The notes beneath the pieces are model-generated. The model did not search any database. It was not told the DNA's origin and was given only the letters and a program-made list of their open reading frames with translations. This document shows positions 31,768 through 41,616 of a DNA stretch of 64,000 nucleotides, in pieces. A program made the position numbers and the translations under genes. This stretch comes from a virus: the IMG/VR virus record IMGVR_UViG_3300031772_000009, positions 27,362 through 91,361 of that record. One strand, written 5' to 3'. Position 1 is the stretch's first letter, and every line of letters starts with the position of its first letter.

Positions 31768-32313
31768 ATTCCAATAAACGTTTCGTGGAAATCTATTTAT
31801 GATGACGTTTTATCAGAACTATATCTGAATTTTGGAATAACCGCTCAAAAATTAGAACCTATATTTGGAGTTTGCTCATATACTCTACGGAAACAACTTA
31901 AACGATTGGGTATATTGAGAACAAGGTCTGATTGTCTCAAACTTATGTGGAAATCTGGAAATATAACATTTAATTATGATAAATCTGGATTTAAGAAAGG
32001 AAACAATCACCCAGACTGGAAAGGTGGAAAACATAAAGATTCTAAAGGATATAATATTATTCTTGCTCCAGAAAATCCATTTTCAGCAAATGATGGATAT
32101 ATTTTAGAGCATAGATTGATTTGGTTTTCTATTCATCCAGAAACCCCGAAAGATTGGATAATTCATCATTTAAATGGTATAAGAGATGACAACAGAATTG
32201 AAAATCTCTTTGCTTGTTCAAGGAGAAGACATATAAAGGAGTTTCCTAATACTTATATCAAAGCATTACAAAATAGCATAAGAGAATTAGAAGGTGAATT
32301 AATACGCCAATAA
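31768..32313 (+). CDS. HNH endonuclease fused to the first codons of its target gene
   Basis: NHPDWKGG, YILEHRL, HHLNGIRDDNRIENL; open frame extends to ATT 31768 behind a GGGGGT SD. Confidence 0.8.
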   Translation: MPINVSWKSIYDDVLSELYLNFGITAQKLEPIFGVCSYTLRKQLKRLGILRTRSDCLKLMWKSGNITFNYDKSGFKKGNNHPDWKGGKHKDSKGYNIILAPENPFSANDGYILEHRLIWFSIHPETPKDWIIHHLNGIRDDNRIENLFACSRRRHIKEFPNTYIKALQNSIRELEGELIRQ

Positions 32314-32591
32314 ATGTGAGTTGGAAATCAATGATTCAAGGAATGGCTAAACAGTATAAGACTGGAAAAGTTACGTGTAGAGATTTTTCTGACGGTTCTA
32401 CGTCTTGTGCTTCTAGTCAAGCATGGAGCGTATTTTTTGCTACTCTCCGAAAACATGGATGGGACGAAAAAAGTTCTCGTCCAAATTCTGTTACTGAAAC
32501 CGTTTTTACTGGAGCGGTAGAAGAGACAATGAAAGACATTGTTGATTGGTTTGCAGAAAGTGTTGGATATTGTGGAGAATGTAACAAATGA
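32304..32591 (+). CDS. hypothetical protein (probable ACG start)
   Basis: GGTGA SD 6 nt before ACG-CCA-ATA-AAT-GTG-AGT-TGG-AAA; PINVSWKS duplicated at 31771. Confidence 0.55.
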   Translation, partial: TPINVSWKSMIQGMAKQYKTGKVTCRDFSDGSTSCASSQAWSVFFATLRKHGWDEKSSRPNSVTETVFTGAVEETMKDIVDWFAESVGYCGECNK

Positions 32592-33244
32592 CAGAAGAAA
32601 ACATTTCATTCTTTTTCATAACGAAAGAAGTCACATTTCAAGAAACCAAATCAACAGATAAATATGCAATTATTGAAGCTACAGTTATGGAACTTGATAA
32701 GATAAGTGAAGGAAACAACAGAGTTTATCAGTTTGAAGAAGGAGACGAAATAGCAAAAAGTCTAATCGGAAAACCAGTTTACTATGGAATAAATCTCTTT
32801 GGAAAACATGAAAATCCATTAGTATCTGGAAAGAATGTAGACCCAGTAGGAATCGTAGAATTTGCAGAAGTTGTTGGAAAAAAGATTAAAGCCACAATTA
32901 AAATCATAAGTGCGTCACTGATTGAAACGTTGAAGAGAGGAACGAAATATCTTTTCAGTGTAGGCGGAAATGCAATAACGGACACAATGAAAAAGATAGG
33001 AGAAAAAGTTATTCATGTCCTTTCTGGAGCAAGATGTAATCATTTACAAATCGTTGATGTTGAGACTCAAGTTGGATTTCCAGACGCTAAAATGGAGAAA
33101 CTTATCGAGATTCAAGAAACCGTTATGATTTGTGAGGGCGGAGTATGCCACTGTCCACAACCAGAAGAGACAAAGCGAAAGCCTAAAATATCAGAGGAAA
33201 CAATTGAATATAGTAACGGCGTTAACCTTGAATATGAAGAGTAA
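32588..33244 (+). CDS. prohead maturation protease (HK97/herpes-like)
   Basis: N.RVY, KH, PVG.V, FSVG motifs of phage prohead proteases. Confidence 0.65.
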   Translation: MTEENISFFFITKEVTFQETKSTDKYAIIEATVMELDKISEGNNRVYQFEEGDEIAKSLIGKPVYYGINLFGKHENPLVSGKNVDPVGIVEFAEVVGKKIKATIKIISASLIETLKRGTKYLFSVGGNAITDTMKKIGEKVIHVLSGARCNHLQIVDVETQVGFPDAKMEKLIEIQETVMICEGGVCHCPQPEETKRKPKISEETIEYSNGVNLEYEE

Positions 33245-33470
33245 CAAACCACCAAAACCAGAACATCGTAATCTTCGCATTCCAAAACGTTTAGACGACA
33301 TGATTGTTGATGTTCAACAGTTACTCAACTCTAATTCTTACACTGAATCTCTTTTATGGATTCTTATAGACTGGGAGAAATATAGGTATCTGGAAGAGAA
33401 GAAACGTCTACTAGAACTTCATGCTATACAATATCAACTTCTCCAGAATGAACTGGAACGCAAAAAACAA

Positions 33471-33487
33471 TAATACTTATAACCACG
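33471..33487 (+). promoter_or_regulatory. late-type promoter, exact 17-nt copy on minus strand at 54104-54120
   Basis: TAATACTTATAACCACG. Confidence 0.7.
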
Positions 33488-33523
33488 TTTCATGTCTATA
33501 TCACATAGTATGAGGTAGATGAT

Positions 33524-33928
33524 ATGGCTGGTCCGTATAAATGTAAACGGATGCGTATCGTTGTAGGCACGACCACGTTAGGCGTTGTTGAAGCCTTCGA
33601 TATAGAGTTGATTAGGGAAGGTGGAGTAACTCCACACTACGATAGTGAAACTGGAAAACATGCTGTTGGAACTAGACATGCAACTTTCAGACTTAGACGT
33701 TGGTTCTATGCTGACGCTGGAGAAGAGAATTTAATCTACGACTTGTTCCAAGGTGACGGAGTAGACCCAGACCACTTTGACATGAGTGGAGAATTGTCTG
33801 GTGTCGCTGGAAGCAGAATAACATTGATAAGTTGTTGCATCTATAGTTATGCACCGAGAACTGGTGGAGCAAATGACATCGTAGCAGAAGAAGCCCGTGG
33901 CGAAGCTATAGACTGGTTTAAAACCTAA
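33524..33928 (+). CDS. tail tube protein
   Basis: 134 aa, beta-rich, size and position upstream of chaperone and tape measure. Confidence 0.6.
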   Translation: MAGPYKCKRMRIVVGTTTLGVVEAFDIELIREGGVTPHYDSETGKHAVGTRHATFRLRRWFYADAGEENLIYDLFQGDGVDPDHFDMSGELSGVAGSRITLISCCIYSYAPRTGGANDIVAEEARGEAIDWFKT

Positions 33929-33964
33929 ACTCTAAACGCATCTTTTATCTATCTAAACAAAACG

Positions 33965-34291
33965 TTACGTTGGAGTCTGAAAGAATATTTTATCAGACTT
34001 CTTGCCAACAAACACTATTCTGTAACCTTGACAGATTTTTGTCCACTTGGCTAAATTGTCAATAGTGTATGCGATTATCTCGTCTTTGAATAGATTGTAA
34101 ATTGCAATATGGATTGATTCATGTACTAAAATTTCTTCTATGAGGTCTTCAATTGGTTGACCCCTAAAAGTCTTTCTCTCCCTCAAGATTATCTCGTTGT
34201 TGACTGAAGTAACCATTGTCCCCTTGATATATGGTTCTGTCCTCTTCGCCACCCTAACTTTCATTTTTATACTCCTTGTTAACAATTTCAA
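33965..34291 (-). CDS. small HExxH family protein (paralog 6)
   Basis: VHESIHIAIYNLFKDEIIAYTIDN. Confidence 0.6.
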   Translation of the reverse strand: MKLLTRSIKMKVRVAKRTEPYIKGTMVTSVNNEIILRERKTFRGQPIEDLIEEILVHESIHIAIYNLFKDEIIAYTIDNLAKWTKICQGYRIVFVGKKSDKIFFQTPT

Positions 34292-34622
34292 AATAGTATT
34301 TTGGATAAAGTTGAGAAAGTTTCTTTAAAGCGTCTGGTAACGATAACTTATCCAGTTCTATTGACGGGTCAATCTTTGTCGCAACGTAAGCCAACACTCT
34401 AAATCTTCGGTATCTTTCCAATTGTGGATTGTTAATTTCGGCTTCTTCATCCTTGAATATGTCTGGACAGTTTTCTAACATCCAAATCAAATTGACGAGG
34501 TTTCTGTCTATATGTTTTTGGATTCTACCCATCATTGCACTATAACGTCTGGGGTTATCTTCTTTGGTAACTTCTCCAGTCAAAACTTGTTCCAGAAATT
34601 TCCGTTCTATATTAGTTATCAC
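34254..34622 (-). CDS. hypothetical protein
   Basis: 122-aa ORF within minus-strand cassette. Confidence 0.5.
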   Translation of the reverse strand: MITNIERKFLEQVLTGEVTKEDNPRRYSAMMGRIQKHIDRNLVNLIWMLENCPDIFKDEEAEINNPQLERYRRFRVLAYVATKIDPSIELDKLSLPDALKKLSQLYPKYYFEIVNKEYKNES

Positions 34623-34933
34623 GGTTCAGTCCCCAGAATCATTCTCAATAGAATAAATCTGTGGCAAGGTGGATTCTTCTCATAGCAGATAAGTCTAACA
34701 TTGGTTTTTTCAGAAAGAGATTTTATTTTCAACATTGTCCTAATAGCTTTTGGGTTAGCCATCTCGTTTATGTAACGTCTTTCGTATCCAGTCCAATCTA
34801 TTTTTCCAGACTGGTAATCATTGAGAAGTTCCCATGATGGTGCAAGAATAGAACCAGTCGTTCTAGTAACATATATCTTTATCTCGTCTTTCGGGTAGTT
34901 CTTCAAGTTAGCCAAATATCCTTCAAGTAACAT
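34619..34933 (-). CDS. DUF488-family protein
   Basis: LAPSWELL...W..YERRY..EM...LICYEK..PCHR. Confidence 0.75.
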   Translation of the reverse strand: MLLEGYLANLKNYPKDEIKIYVTRTTGSILAPSWELLNDYQSGKIDWTGYERRYINEMANPKAIRTMLKIKSLSEKTNVRLICYEKNPPCHRFILLRMILGTEP

Positions 34934-34982
34934 ATCAATCAGTTCAGTAGTAGTCAAACCGATTAATAAACATTCCTCTTTT

Positions 34983-35477
34983 TTAAAGGGTCTTTCTCTT
35001 TTTTTCGATGTATTTATGTAAATACATATGACAAGAACCACAAAGAGTTATTGTCTCTTCTGGATAATATCGAACATGATGAAGTAATAAAGTGACTATG
35101 TTTTCTTCCCTCTCTTTTCCACAAACCTCACATTTATTACCTATTTTCATATTACGAATATTTATTCTGGATTGTTGTCTTTTAGCTATTTCCATAATTA
35201 GATTTCTTCTCTCATCTGGAAGTTCATTAAATAATGGCTTGTCTTTTATTATGCATTTTGGGTCTTTTGGCGGTCTTCCCTTTTTAGTATTCTGTGGAAA
35301 TTTTCTCATTCGTTCCTTCATTTTTTCATATTGAGACGGATTGTTTTTCCAATAATCAATCATGTATTTTTTCATATATTTTTTAGTGGCTTGTCTATAA
35401 CAATTGCTTGAACAATATTTTTGATTTGGATAGGATGTTTCGAATAGATTTCCACAAACTAAACATGTTTTTCTCAT
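34983..35477 (-). CDS. HNH-like endonuclease
   Basis: CLVC...YCSSNC; CEVCG...HH..Y...LCGSCH. Confidence 0.7.
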   Translation of the reverse strand: MRKTCLVCGNLFETSYPNQKYCSSNCYRQATKKYMKKYMIDYWKNNPSQYEKMKERMRKFPQNTKKGRPPKDPKCIIKDKPLFNELPDERRNLIMEIAKRQQSRINIRNMKIGNKCEVCGKEREENIVTLLLHHVRYYPEETITLCGSCHMYLHKYIEKKRKTL

Positions 35478-35574
35478 AATACTTATAAATGGTACTTATG
35501 CTTATAAATCTTTCTATTTAGTTCCAAAAGGTATTTAAATCAAGTAATGAATAATTTGTTTAAGGTAAAACAAT

Positions 35575-36045
35575 ATGCCAAGCATTGATGAATTGGTCAA
35601 GAAATACGCTAATAAAACCCCAGAAGAAATGGAGTTGGAACAAGACAAAATTGAACAAGACTATATGGTACAGAGTAGAGCGTTAGAACAGAAAATCCTA
35701 GAGGCTTCAAGTAAGATTGACGAAATGAAAATTGGTGAAGAAACTGTTGCCCGTGTGAAACGTCCAACTAAGGAACAAATGAATCGGATTCTTCCACCCG
35801 AACTTGCTAAGTATAGGAAGAACCCCGAAGAAGTCCCATATGAAGTTGCAAAGAAATATGAGACTGAAATGTATCAGTTGATGGAAGAGTTAATCGTGAT
35901 GCCGAAACATGATTCCGAATGGTGGATTAAAAACACTGGAGACGATTTCATGGCGGCTTTTCAAGCCCATATAGCCAACACGCAATCTCAGATACAAAAA
36001 GACACTGAACGTTTTTTACGACAGACCTCGGATACGCCAAGTTAG
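35575..36045 (+). CDS. tail assembly chaperone (gpG-like)
   Basis: Position before tape measure; ends in slippery T TTT TTA (36012-36018). Confidence 0.7.
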   Translation: MPSIDELVKKYANKTPEEMELEQDKIEQDYMVQSRALEQKILEASSKIDEMKIGEETVARVKRPTKEQMNRILPPELAKYRKNPEEVPYEVAKKYETEMYQLMEELIVMPKHDSEWWIKNTGDDFMAAFQAHIANTQSQIQKDTERFLRQTSDTPS

Positions 36046-36176
36046 CCGTATGTGAGTTTCTAGGTTGTACTCTAAGCGAATTGCCGTCAAGATGTCCACA
36101 ATTGACCGATGAACAACTAATAATCACTTATATCGCAAGAAAAGCAGAACTTGAAAGTCAAGCAATAAAGAAGTGA
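36012..36176 (+). CDS. -1 frameshift extension (gpGT-like)
   Basis: -1 frame open from the slippery site to TGA 36174: TTDLGYAKLAVCEFLGCTLSELP...AIKK. Confidence 0.7.
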   Translation, partial: FFTTDLGYAKLAVCEFLGCTLSELPSRCPQLTDEQLIITYIARKAELESQAIKK

Positions 36177-36180
36177 GAAA

Positions 36181-36669
36181 ATGAGTAATCAATTCATAGA
36201 TATTACCGAAACTGATTACGGAAGCAAAGCTAGGGCTAAAGTTGCATGTCAAAGGTTTCCTAAAGAACTTACCGCTAATGCAAGATGGAAGTTGGTGTAT
36301 TGGTGGCAAGAAGTTTTGGAAACTGCTAGAGCTTTATGTCCAGTGGATACTGGAACTTTACAAGCTACTGGACGAATAACAGAGACAGACCCAAGCATTG
36401 GTGGATTGTTTGAGGTTGGAATGACTCTTGAGAATACAAACATAATTAGTAAGATGATTGAGTTTGGTGGTTTATTGGTTAATCCTAAAAGTGGAAGAAT
36501 ATGCGATTATGCCCAAGCCGTTCATGATGGACATTTCACTCGGAGTGGAAGATGGATGCCACCGAATCCGTTTATTGAGATGGCTATACAAATACACATG
36601 CAAGAACTTGACACTATCTTGGGCAAATCAATAGATGAAGTAGCAAATACTGTTTGGGTTGGAGAGTAA
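36181..36669 (+). CDS. HK97 gp10-like tail completion protein
   Basis: CPVDTGTL, YAQAVHDG, PNPFI. Confidence 0.7.
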   Translation: MSNQFIDITETDYGSKARAKVACQRFPKELTANARWKLVYWWQEVLETARALCPVDTGTLQATGRITETDPSIGGLFEVGMTLENTNIISKMIEFGGLLVNPKSGRICDYAQAVHDGHFTRSGRWMPPNPFIEMAIQIHMQELDTILGKSIDEVANTVWVGE

Positions 36670-36671
36670 AT

Positions 36672-37673
36672 ATGAGTTTCATGAGAACAATTTGGGTTGC
36701 GGTTCGTGCAATAAACTATACTGACCAAGCCACAAAACAAGTTGGAGACAACATAAGTAAACTGGAAAAGGCACAGCAAGCGTTAAGGACTGAAGCAGTG
36801 AAAATGGTGATGGCTGGTGTGATGTGGGTAACTTTTGCCGCTTTAGCAACTATGGCAATATCCAACATAATGAGGAAGTCTGCTGAAGGAAGTCGTGCCA
36901 TCGCTCAATTTGAACGAAGCATGAATGGCATGTTAGTTACATTGGGAGCAAGTTTTACTACAATGTTAGGTCCAGCAATGAAAATGATGAGTTCATTTTT
37001 TGATTTAGTTGCAAAGAATCCAGCATTAGCAAACCTTATTGCCATATTATCAGTGTTGCTTCTTACTTTCATAGCGTTAAAAGGAGTAATGATGATTGCT
37101 TCTGGAGCAATGACCATGTTTGGCATTACAACTCAACTTGAAACTATAATTGTGGGTTTAGCAGAAAAAGGACATTATGGTTTAGCCACATCTCTATCAG
37201 TAGTTCAACAATGTTTGGGACCAGTAATGATAGGTTTCACTCTTATGTTTACAATATGCCAACGTTTGCCCCCAGTAATAGCACTTGTAGTTGGAGCAGT
37301 ATTGGCTTTAGTTGCGGCAATAATACTTTTGAGAACTGCTATGGGAGACATGACATGGATGGCTGGAATAGCTGTGGCGGGAGCGGCGGCTGGAGCTATA
37401 GCGGCTGGAGTGTGGAATATGACACAGCCACAACAAACATATCAGACTGGAATATACTCAGTCCGAAAGACTGGTCCAGCAATAGTTCATGAAGGAGAAG
37501 AAATCCGTTCTAAACGAAACGTCATGTATGGGCAAGGAACTGAAAGACAGAGACCAGAAACAAGATATGTTAACATTATATTTAGTGGCGACATTCACAC
37601 TAAAGCAGACAAGGAAGGGTTAAAACCGTTAATACTTAAAACTGTAAGAGAAGCAATGGACAACAAGGCGTAG
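36672..37673 (+). CDS. tape measure protein (short)
   Basis: Ala/Gly-rich hydrophobic helices; C-terminal G...TGPAIVHEGE. Confidence 0.7.
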   Translation: MSFMRTIWVAVRAINYTDQATKQVGDNISKLEKAQQALRTEAVKMVMAGVMWVTFAALATMAISNIMRKSAEGSRAIAQFERSMNGMLVTLGASFTTMLGPAMKMMSSFFDLVAKNPALANLIAILSVLLLTFIALKGVMMIASGAMTMFGITTQLETIIVGLAEKGHYGLATSLSVVQQCLGPVMIGFTLMFTICQRLPPVIALVVGAVLALVAAIILLRTAMGDMTWMAGIAVAGAAAGAIAAGVWNMTQPQQTYQTGIYSVRKTGPAIVHEGEEIRSKRNVMYGQGTERQRPETRYVNIIFSGDIHTKADKEGLKPLILKTVREAMDNKA

Positions 37674-37681
37674 GTGTTCAT

Positions 37682-39736
37682 ATGACTTGGTATGAACTTT
37701 TAAGTGGATTTGAAAACGTAACATTTGCGGCTGACGACTGGTATGCAGATGTGGGTACGGGAGATTGGGGATTCGATATTGTTACCACTCAATTTAAAAG
37801 TGGGACTCATTCAGCCGAACCACATGTTGATTTACAAGGCGGATTAATGCATGATTTAGATTGCACTCCAACTGGATATTATGCTCTTAGACTCTGGTTC
37901 AAAATAGTTGGAACTGTTCCAACTGAAGTTAGTGGTGGCATTTTTGTTAGATTATTTATGACTGATTATGATGAAGTTCAAATTTATATTGAAACTGGAA
38001 ACTTGGGCAATCCAGCAACTCCAAAATTAAGAGTGGATTTTAAAGGCACTACTATTCGTGGAACGACTTCTATTACTCTGGATGAATGGCATTGTCTACA
38101 TATTCATCAAGAAGTTCTTAATGCAACTGCTAAGACATATGTTTACCTTGACGACCTTGTAACTCCAGAAATTACCATTACAAAGAACTTGACTGGAATA
38201 AATGTGACAACAATAGAAGTAGAACCACATGCGTGGGGTACTCCCAATACTGGAAAAGTTTATATAGATAATGTTATTGGAGCTTGTGATGGTGAAGGTG
38301 ATTTTCCAGAAGTAGTAACAAATCTACCCCCATCTTGTGTTGACTCAATATTCAAACTTTACATACCAGAAACCACTGAAAGATACTACATGAATATTCA
38401 TTATACTAAAAGTCATCCTAACCAAGACCCAGACACGTTTGAAATTACTGTTGACCCAGACGTGGGGAGTCTAATCAATTATTTTGATTCTGTAAAAATA
38501 ACGAAATATGACATAACAGAATTTTACGGTTTCGTAGAAGAAATCACGCCAACAGTTGGAGAAGACGGTTTAGAATACCGTTTAACTGGAAGATGTTGGA
38601 AACTCATAACATGGAAAAAGTGGACTGAACGTTTCCAAGAAAGCCGAGAAATCGGACCAGTAGACAGTGAAGGAAATATTGAGTCTGGATTTTTCGGTCA
38701 AGTAAAACCAGAAGAATTACTAAAGTTCGTTTTGCGTTGTCCAACGTCTGAACATCCTAAAGGAAAAGTTAGACATAAAATCGGGTGGGGAATACCCAGT
38801 GACCTTTGGACTTGTTGTGCAAACGTAACAGCCGAATGTCGTTATGCGGATTGGGTTGGATTACGTTATGCTGGTTTAGCATGGAGAGGTAGAGGTACGG
38901 TAGATACTCTTGTAGATTACACGTTAGACGTAGATGCGTTTGTAAATACTATTCAAGAATGGTTCACAGACGGTGTAAGTCCATGGATAGACAGTGACGG
39001 CGGCGGATTTATACATACCGATGCTGGAACTGGAAGTCAATATAGGATGAGTTATTTCACTTTTGAAAACTTCGGAGTAGACCCTCAAACAATAACTAAC
39101 GTTTACTTGAACCTTGACATGTTTGGAGAATATTGGGGCGGAAGAATAGAAGTTTATCTTTGGGATGGAGCATGGCAATATCTCGGCAAATACCAAGTAG
39201 GTGGAGCTAATTATAGTCACAACTTAACAACAATTGACGTTACTCAATATTTGGACACGGTTGCCAAAGTCAATGCCGCTAGAGTTTATTTCAAGAGGTT
39301 TGATAGACTTTGGATGGCAATTGACCATTGTTATTTAACCGTGAAAGGAAGTCTAGCGGCTGACCCTGCTGACCAAAGAATTGGAGATTATTTCATTGTT
39401 AACCTTGGCAAATCATATGATGACGTGACAGCCATATTAATAGAATGTAGAAACAATCCAACAATGTATGCTAGAAACTACAACATTCAATATGCCATTA
39501 TCAGTGATTGTTGTGCTGAAGGCGGAAATGATGCTCAATGGACTGATTTTGACCCGCCAATAAACGAAACAAACAATGATGCTAGAGACATATTGCATAG
39601 TTGGAAACCACAAGATGACGTACACTGTATAAGAATCAAAATAACTGGGAATGTTGATTTTGCATGGGAGATAAGCCAAATCTATATTTGGCAATCAGAC
39701 GCTTATAAATATAGAGTGTTAAACGAGGGAGACTAA
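37682..39736 (+). CDS. tail tip/hub protein with LamG-like and carbohydrate-binding-like domains
   Basis: DEWHCL..VYLD..YIDNV (LamG-like); FYGFVEEI...LTGRC hub-like segment. Confidence 0.55.
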   Translation: MTWYELLSGFENVTFAADDWYADVGTGDWGFDIVTTQFKSGTHSAEPHVDLQGGLMHDLDCTPTGYYALRLWFKIVGTVPTEVSGGIFVRLFMTDYDEVQIYIETGNLGNPATPKLRVDFKGTTIRGTTSITLDEWHCLHIHQEVLNATAKTYVYLDDLVTPEITITKNLTGINVTTIEVEPHAWGTPNTGKVYIDNVIGACDGEGDFPEVVTNLPPSCVDSIFKLYIPETTERYYMNIHYTKSHPNQDPDTFEITVDPDVGSLINYFDSVKITKYDITEFYGFVEEITPTVGEDGLEYRLTGRCWKLITWKKWTERFQESREIGPVDSEGNIESGFFGQVKPEELLKFVLRCPTSEHPKGKVRHKIGWGIPSDLWTCCANVTAECRYADWVGLRYAGLAWRGRGTVDTLVDYTLDVDAFVNTIQEWFTDGVSPWIDSDGGGFIHTDAGTGSQYRMSYFTFENFGVDPQTITNVYLNLDMFGEYWGGRIEVYLWDGAWQYLGKYQVGGANYSHNLTTIDVTQYLDTVAKVNAARVYFKRFDRLWMAIDHCYLTVKGSLAADPADQRIGDYFIVNLGKSYDDVTAILIECRNNPTMYARNYNIQYAIISDCCAEGGNDAQWTDFDPPINETNNDARDILHSWKPQDDVHCIRIKITGNVDFAWEISQIYIWQSDAYKYRVLNEGD

Positions 39737-39738
39737 AA

Positions 39739-41616
39739 ATGACGCATAATTATGATATAAAACAAAATGGACGTTATTACTTTGCAATCAATAGAGATAC
39801 TGGACAAATTGATTATGGTAGTTTAGAAAATATTGGTGGAGTTAACGGTAAAAACAGAAAAACAGTAGTTCAAAAAGCCATTGATATGGTAGAAAAACCA
39901 GCAATTATTTATCTCTGGTATATTTCATGGACTGAATTGAAAAATGAAGGACTTTCTAAACCATCAGACGTAACTATTATCCAATATTCAAGAGAGATAG
40001 GAGAGATAGAACATAATTCTGATTTGAGACACGACCACCATAAATTTGATATTCCAGACTTTTTCGGAACACCGTTTTGGATAAATATTCCAGATAAACC
40101 ATCCGATTTTATACCATCAGAACATGGTAATGAAGCACATAATCCAGATTTTTCAATAGTTGGACATGAACATTATAGAACCAGTATCGTAGATTTCTTT
40201 GGTTCTCCTTTCTGGGCGAATATTCCAGATAAACCATCAACTTACACACCGTCTCCACATACTCACACTGAATCCGAAATTACAGATTTAATTCATGATG
40301 CCCAAAAGATAAAAGGAAAAGAAGTGGATGATTCCGCTATCGGAGACAATAAATTTCTCAAATATAACGAATCAACTGGTAAAATTGAATATGTGTCTGG
40401 TGGAACTGGTGGAATGGAAATTCATGGTAATGAATATCACGACCCAGACTTTCTTACAGAAGAAGTTGACCCAACTATTGATTCTTCATTGAAGGGAGTA
40501 ACCAAATTACAAGTGCAAAATCATCCGCCACAATCTCATTCACATTCAGAATCCGAAGTTACTGGATTAATTACTGATTTAGCCTCTAAAGAAACACCTT
40601 CTGGTTCACAAGAAAAAGTGGATGCTCATAAAGATTTAACTACTGGAGTTCACGGTGTTGGAACTGGAACAATTGCCAAAATTAGTGATATAGCAGACGA
40701 TACTAAATTGTCTACAAACGCTCAAGATGCAGTATCAAAAAGACACTCACATTCTAATCAAACTTTACTTGATTCATATACTCAGACTGAAGTAAATTTA
40801 GCGGATGCTGTATCTAAGAAACACGCTCAAGTTCATGGAAGTGGAGACCATACTGGAATAATTGGAACTCCAACACAAGTTAGTCTTGCAAACGTGACTA
40901 ACGATGCCCAGTTAAAAAGAGCAGATGGAGACATTAATTCTCTTACTCTTAAAGCCACTCCAGTTAGTGCGGATATTCTTCTAATAGAGGATAGTGCCGC
41001 TTCGTTTGCCAAAAAGAAAATTACAATTGGAACTTTGCCAACTGGTGGTAGTGGTGAAACTATTGATGAAAATATTAGAAAGATAGGAACTACCCAATAT
41101 GAATCATGGTACACACCTATTTGTAGTACTACTGCGTTGACGACTGGTGCATTGACAGCAAATCGTTTTTATGCTTTTCCATTTATTGTTCCAAAGACAA
41201 TGACTTTAGATAGAATAGCAATAAATGTTACTACTGCTGGAACTGGAAACGCAAGACTGGGTATATACACCAGTAGTGTAAGTCTTGGATTATTTCCAGA
41301 CCAAAAAATTCTTGATGCTGGTGAAATCTCTATTGCTTCCACTGGTATAAAATCTATAACCATAAGTCAACAATTAACTGCTGGAATGTACTTTTTGGTT
41401 ATAGTCTCTAACGGAACGCCAACTATAAGATGTCATGCATTGATTGGTATAATGCCATTGTTAGGTTATACAAGTTCATTGGGTGCAGAGGTCGCCGCCG
41501 TAGGATTATATGTCTCATTCACTTATGCGGCATTACCAACGACATTTCCAACTACTACAACAACAAAGATTACAGCCGTTCCAATACCAGCAATATTTGT
41601 GAGGGTGTCGGCATAA
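39739..41616 (+). CDS. tail fibre / receptor-binding protein
   Basis: HxH repeats (HTH, HSHSE), repeated DFFG.PFW.NIPDKPS and HGNE.H.PDF; T/G-rich C-terminal beta domain. Confidence 0.65.
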   Translation: MTHNYDIKQNGRYYFAINRDTGQIDYGSLENIGGVNGKNRKTVVQKAIDMVEKPAIIYLWYISWTELKNEGLSKPSDVTIIQYSREIGEIEHNSDLRHDHHKFDIPDFFGTPFWINIPDKPSDFIPSEHGNEAHNPDFSIVGHEHYRTSIVDFFGSPFWANIPDKPSTYTPSPHTHTESEITDLIHDAQKIKGKEVDDSAIGDNKFLKYNESTGKIEYVSGGTGGMEIHGNEYHDPDFLTEEVDPTIDSSLKGVTKLQVQNHPPQSHSHSESEVTGLITDLASKETPSGSQEKVDAHKDLTTGVHGVGTGTIAKISDIADDTKLSTNAQDAVSKRHSHSNQTLLDSYTQTEVNLADAVSKKHAQVHGSGDHTGIIGTPTQVSLANVTNDAQLKRADGDINSLTLKATPVSADILLIEDSAASFAKKKITIGTLPTGGSGETIDENIRKIGTTQYESWYTPICSTTALTTGALTANRFYAFPFIVPKTMTLDRIAINVTTAGTGNARLGIYTSSVSLGLFPDQKILDAGEISIASTGIKSITISQQLTAGMYFLVIVSNGTPTIRCHALIGIMPLLGYTSSLGAEVAAVGLYVSFTYAALPTTFPTTTTTKITAVPIPAIFVRVSA

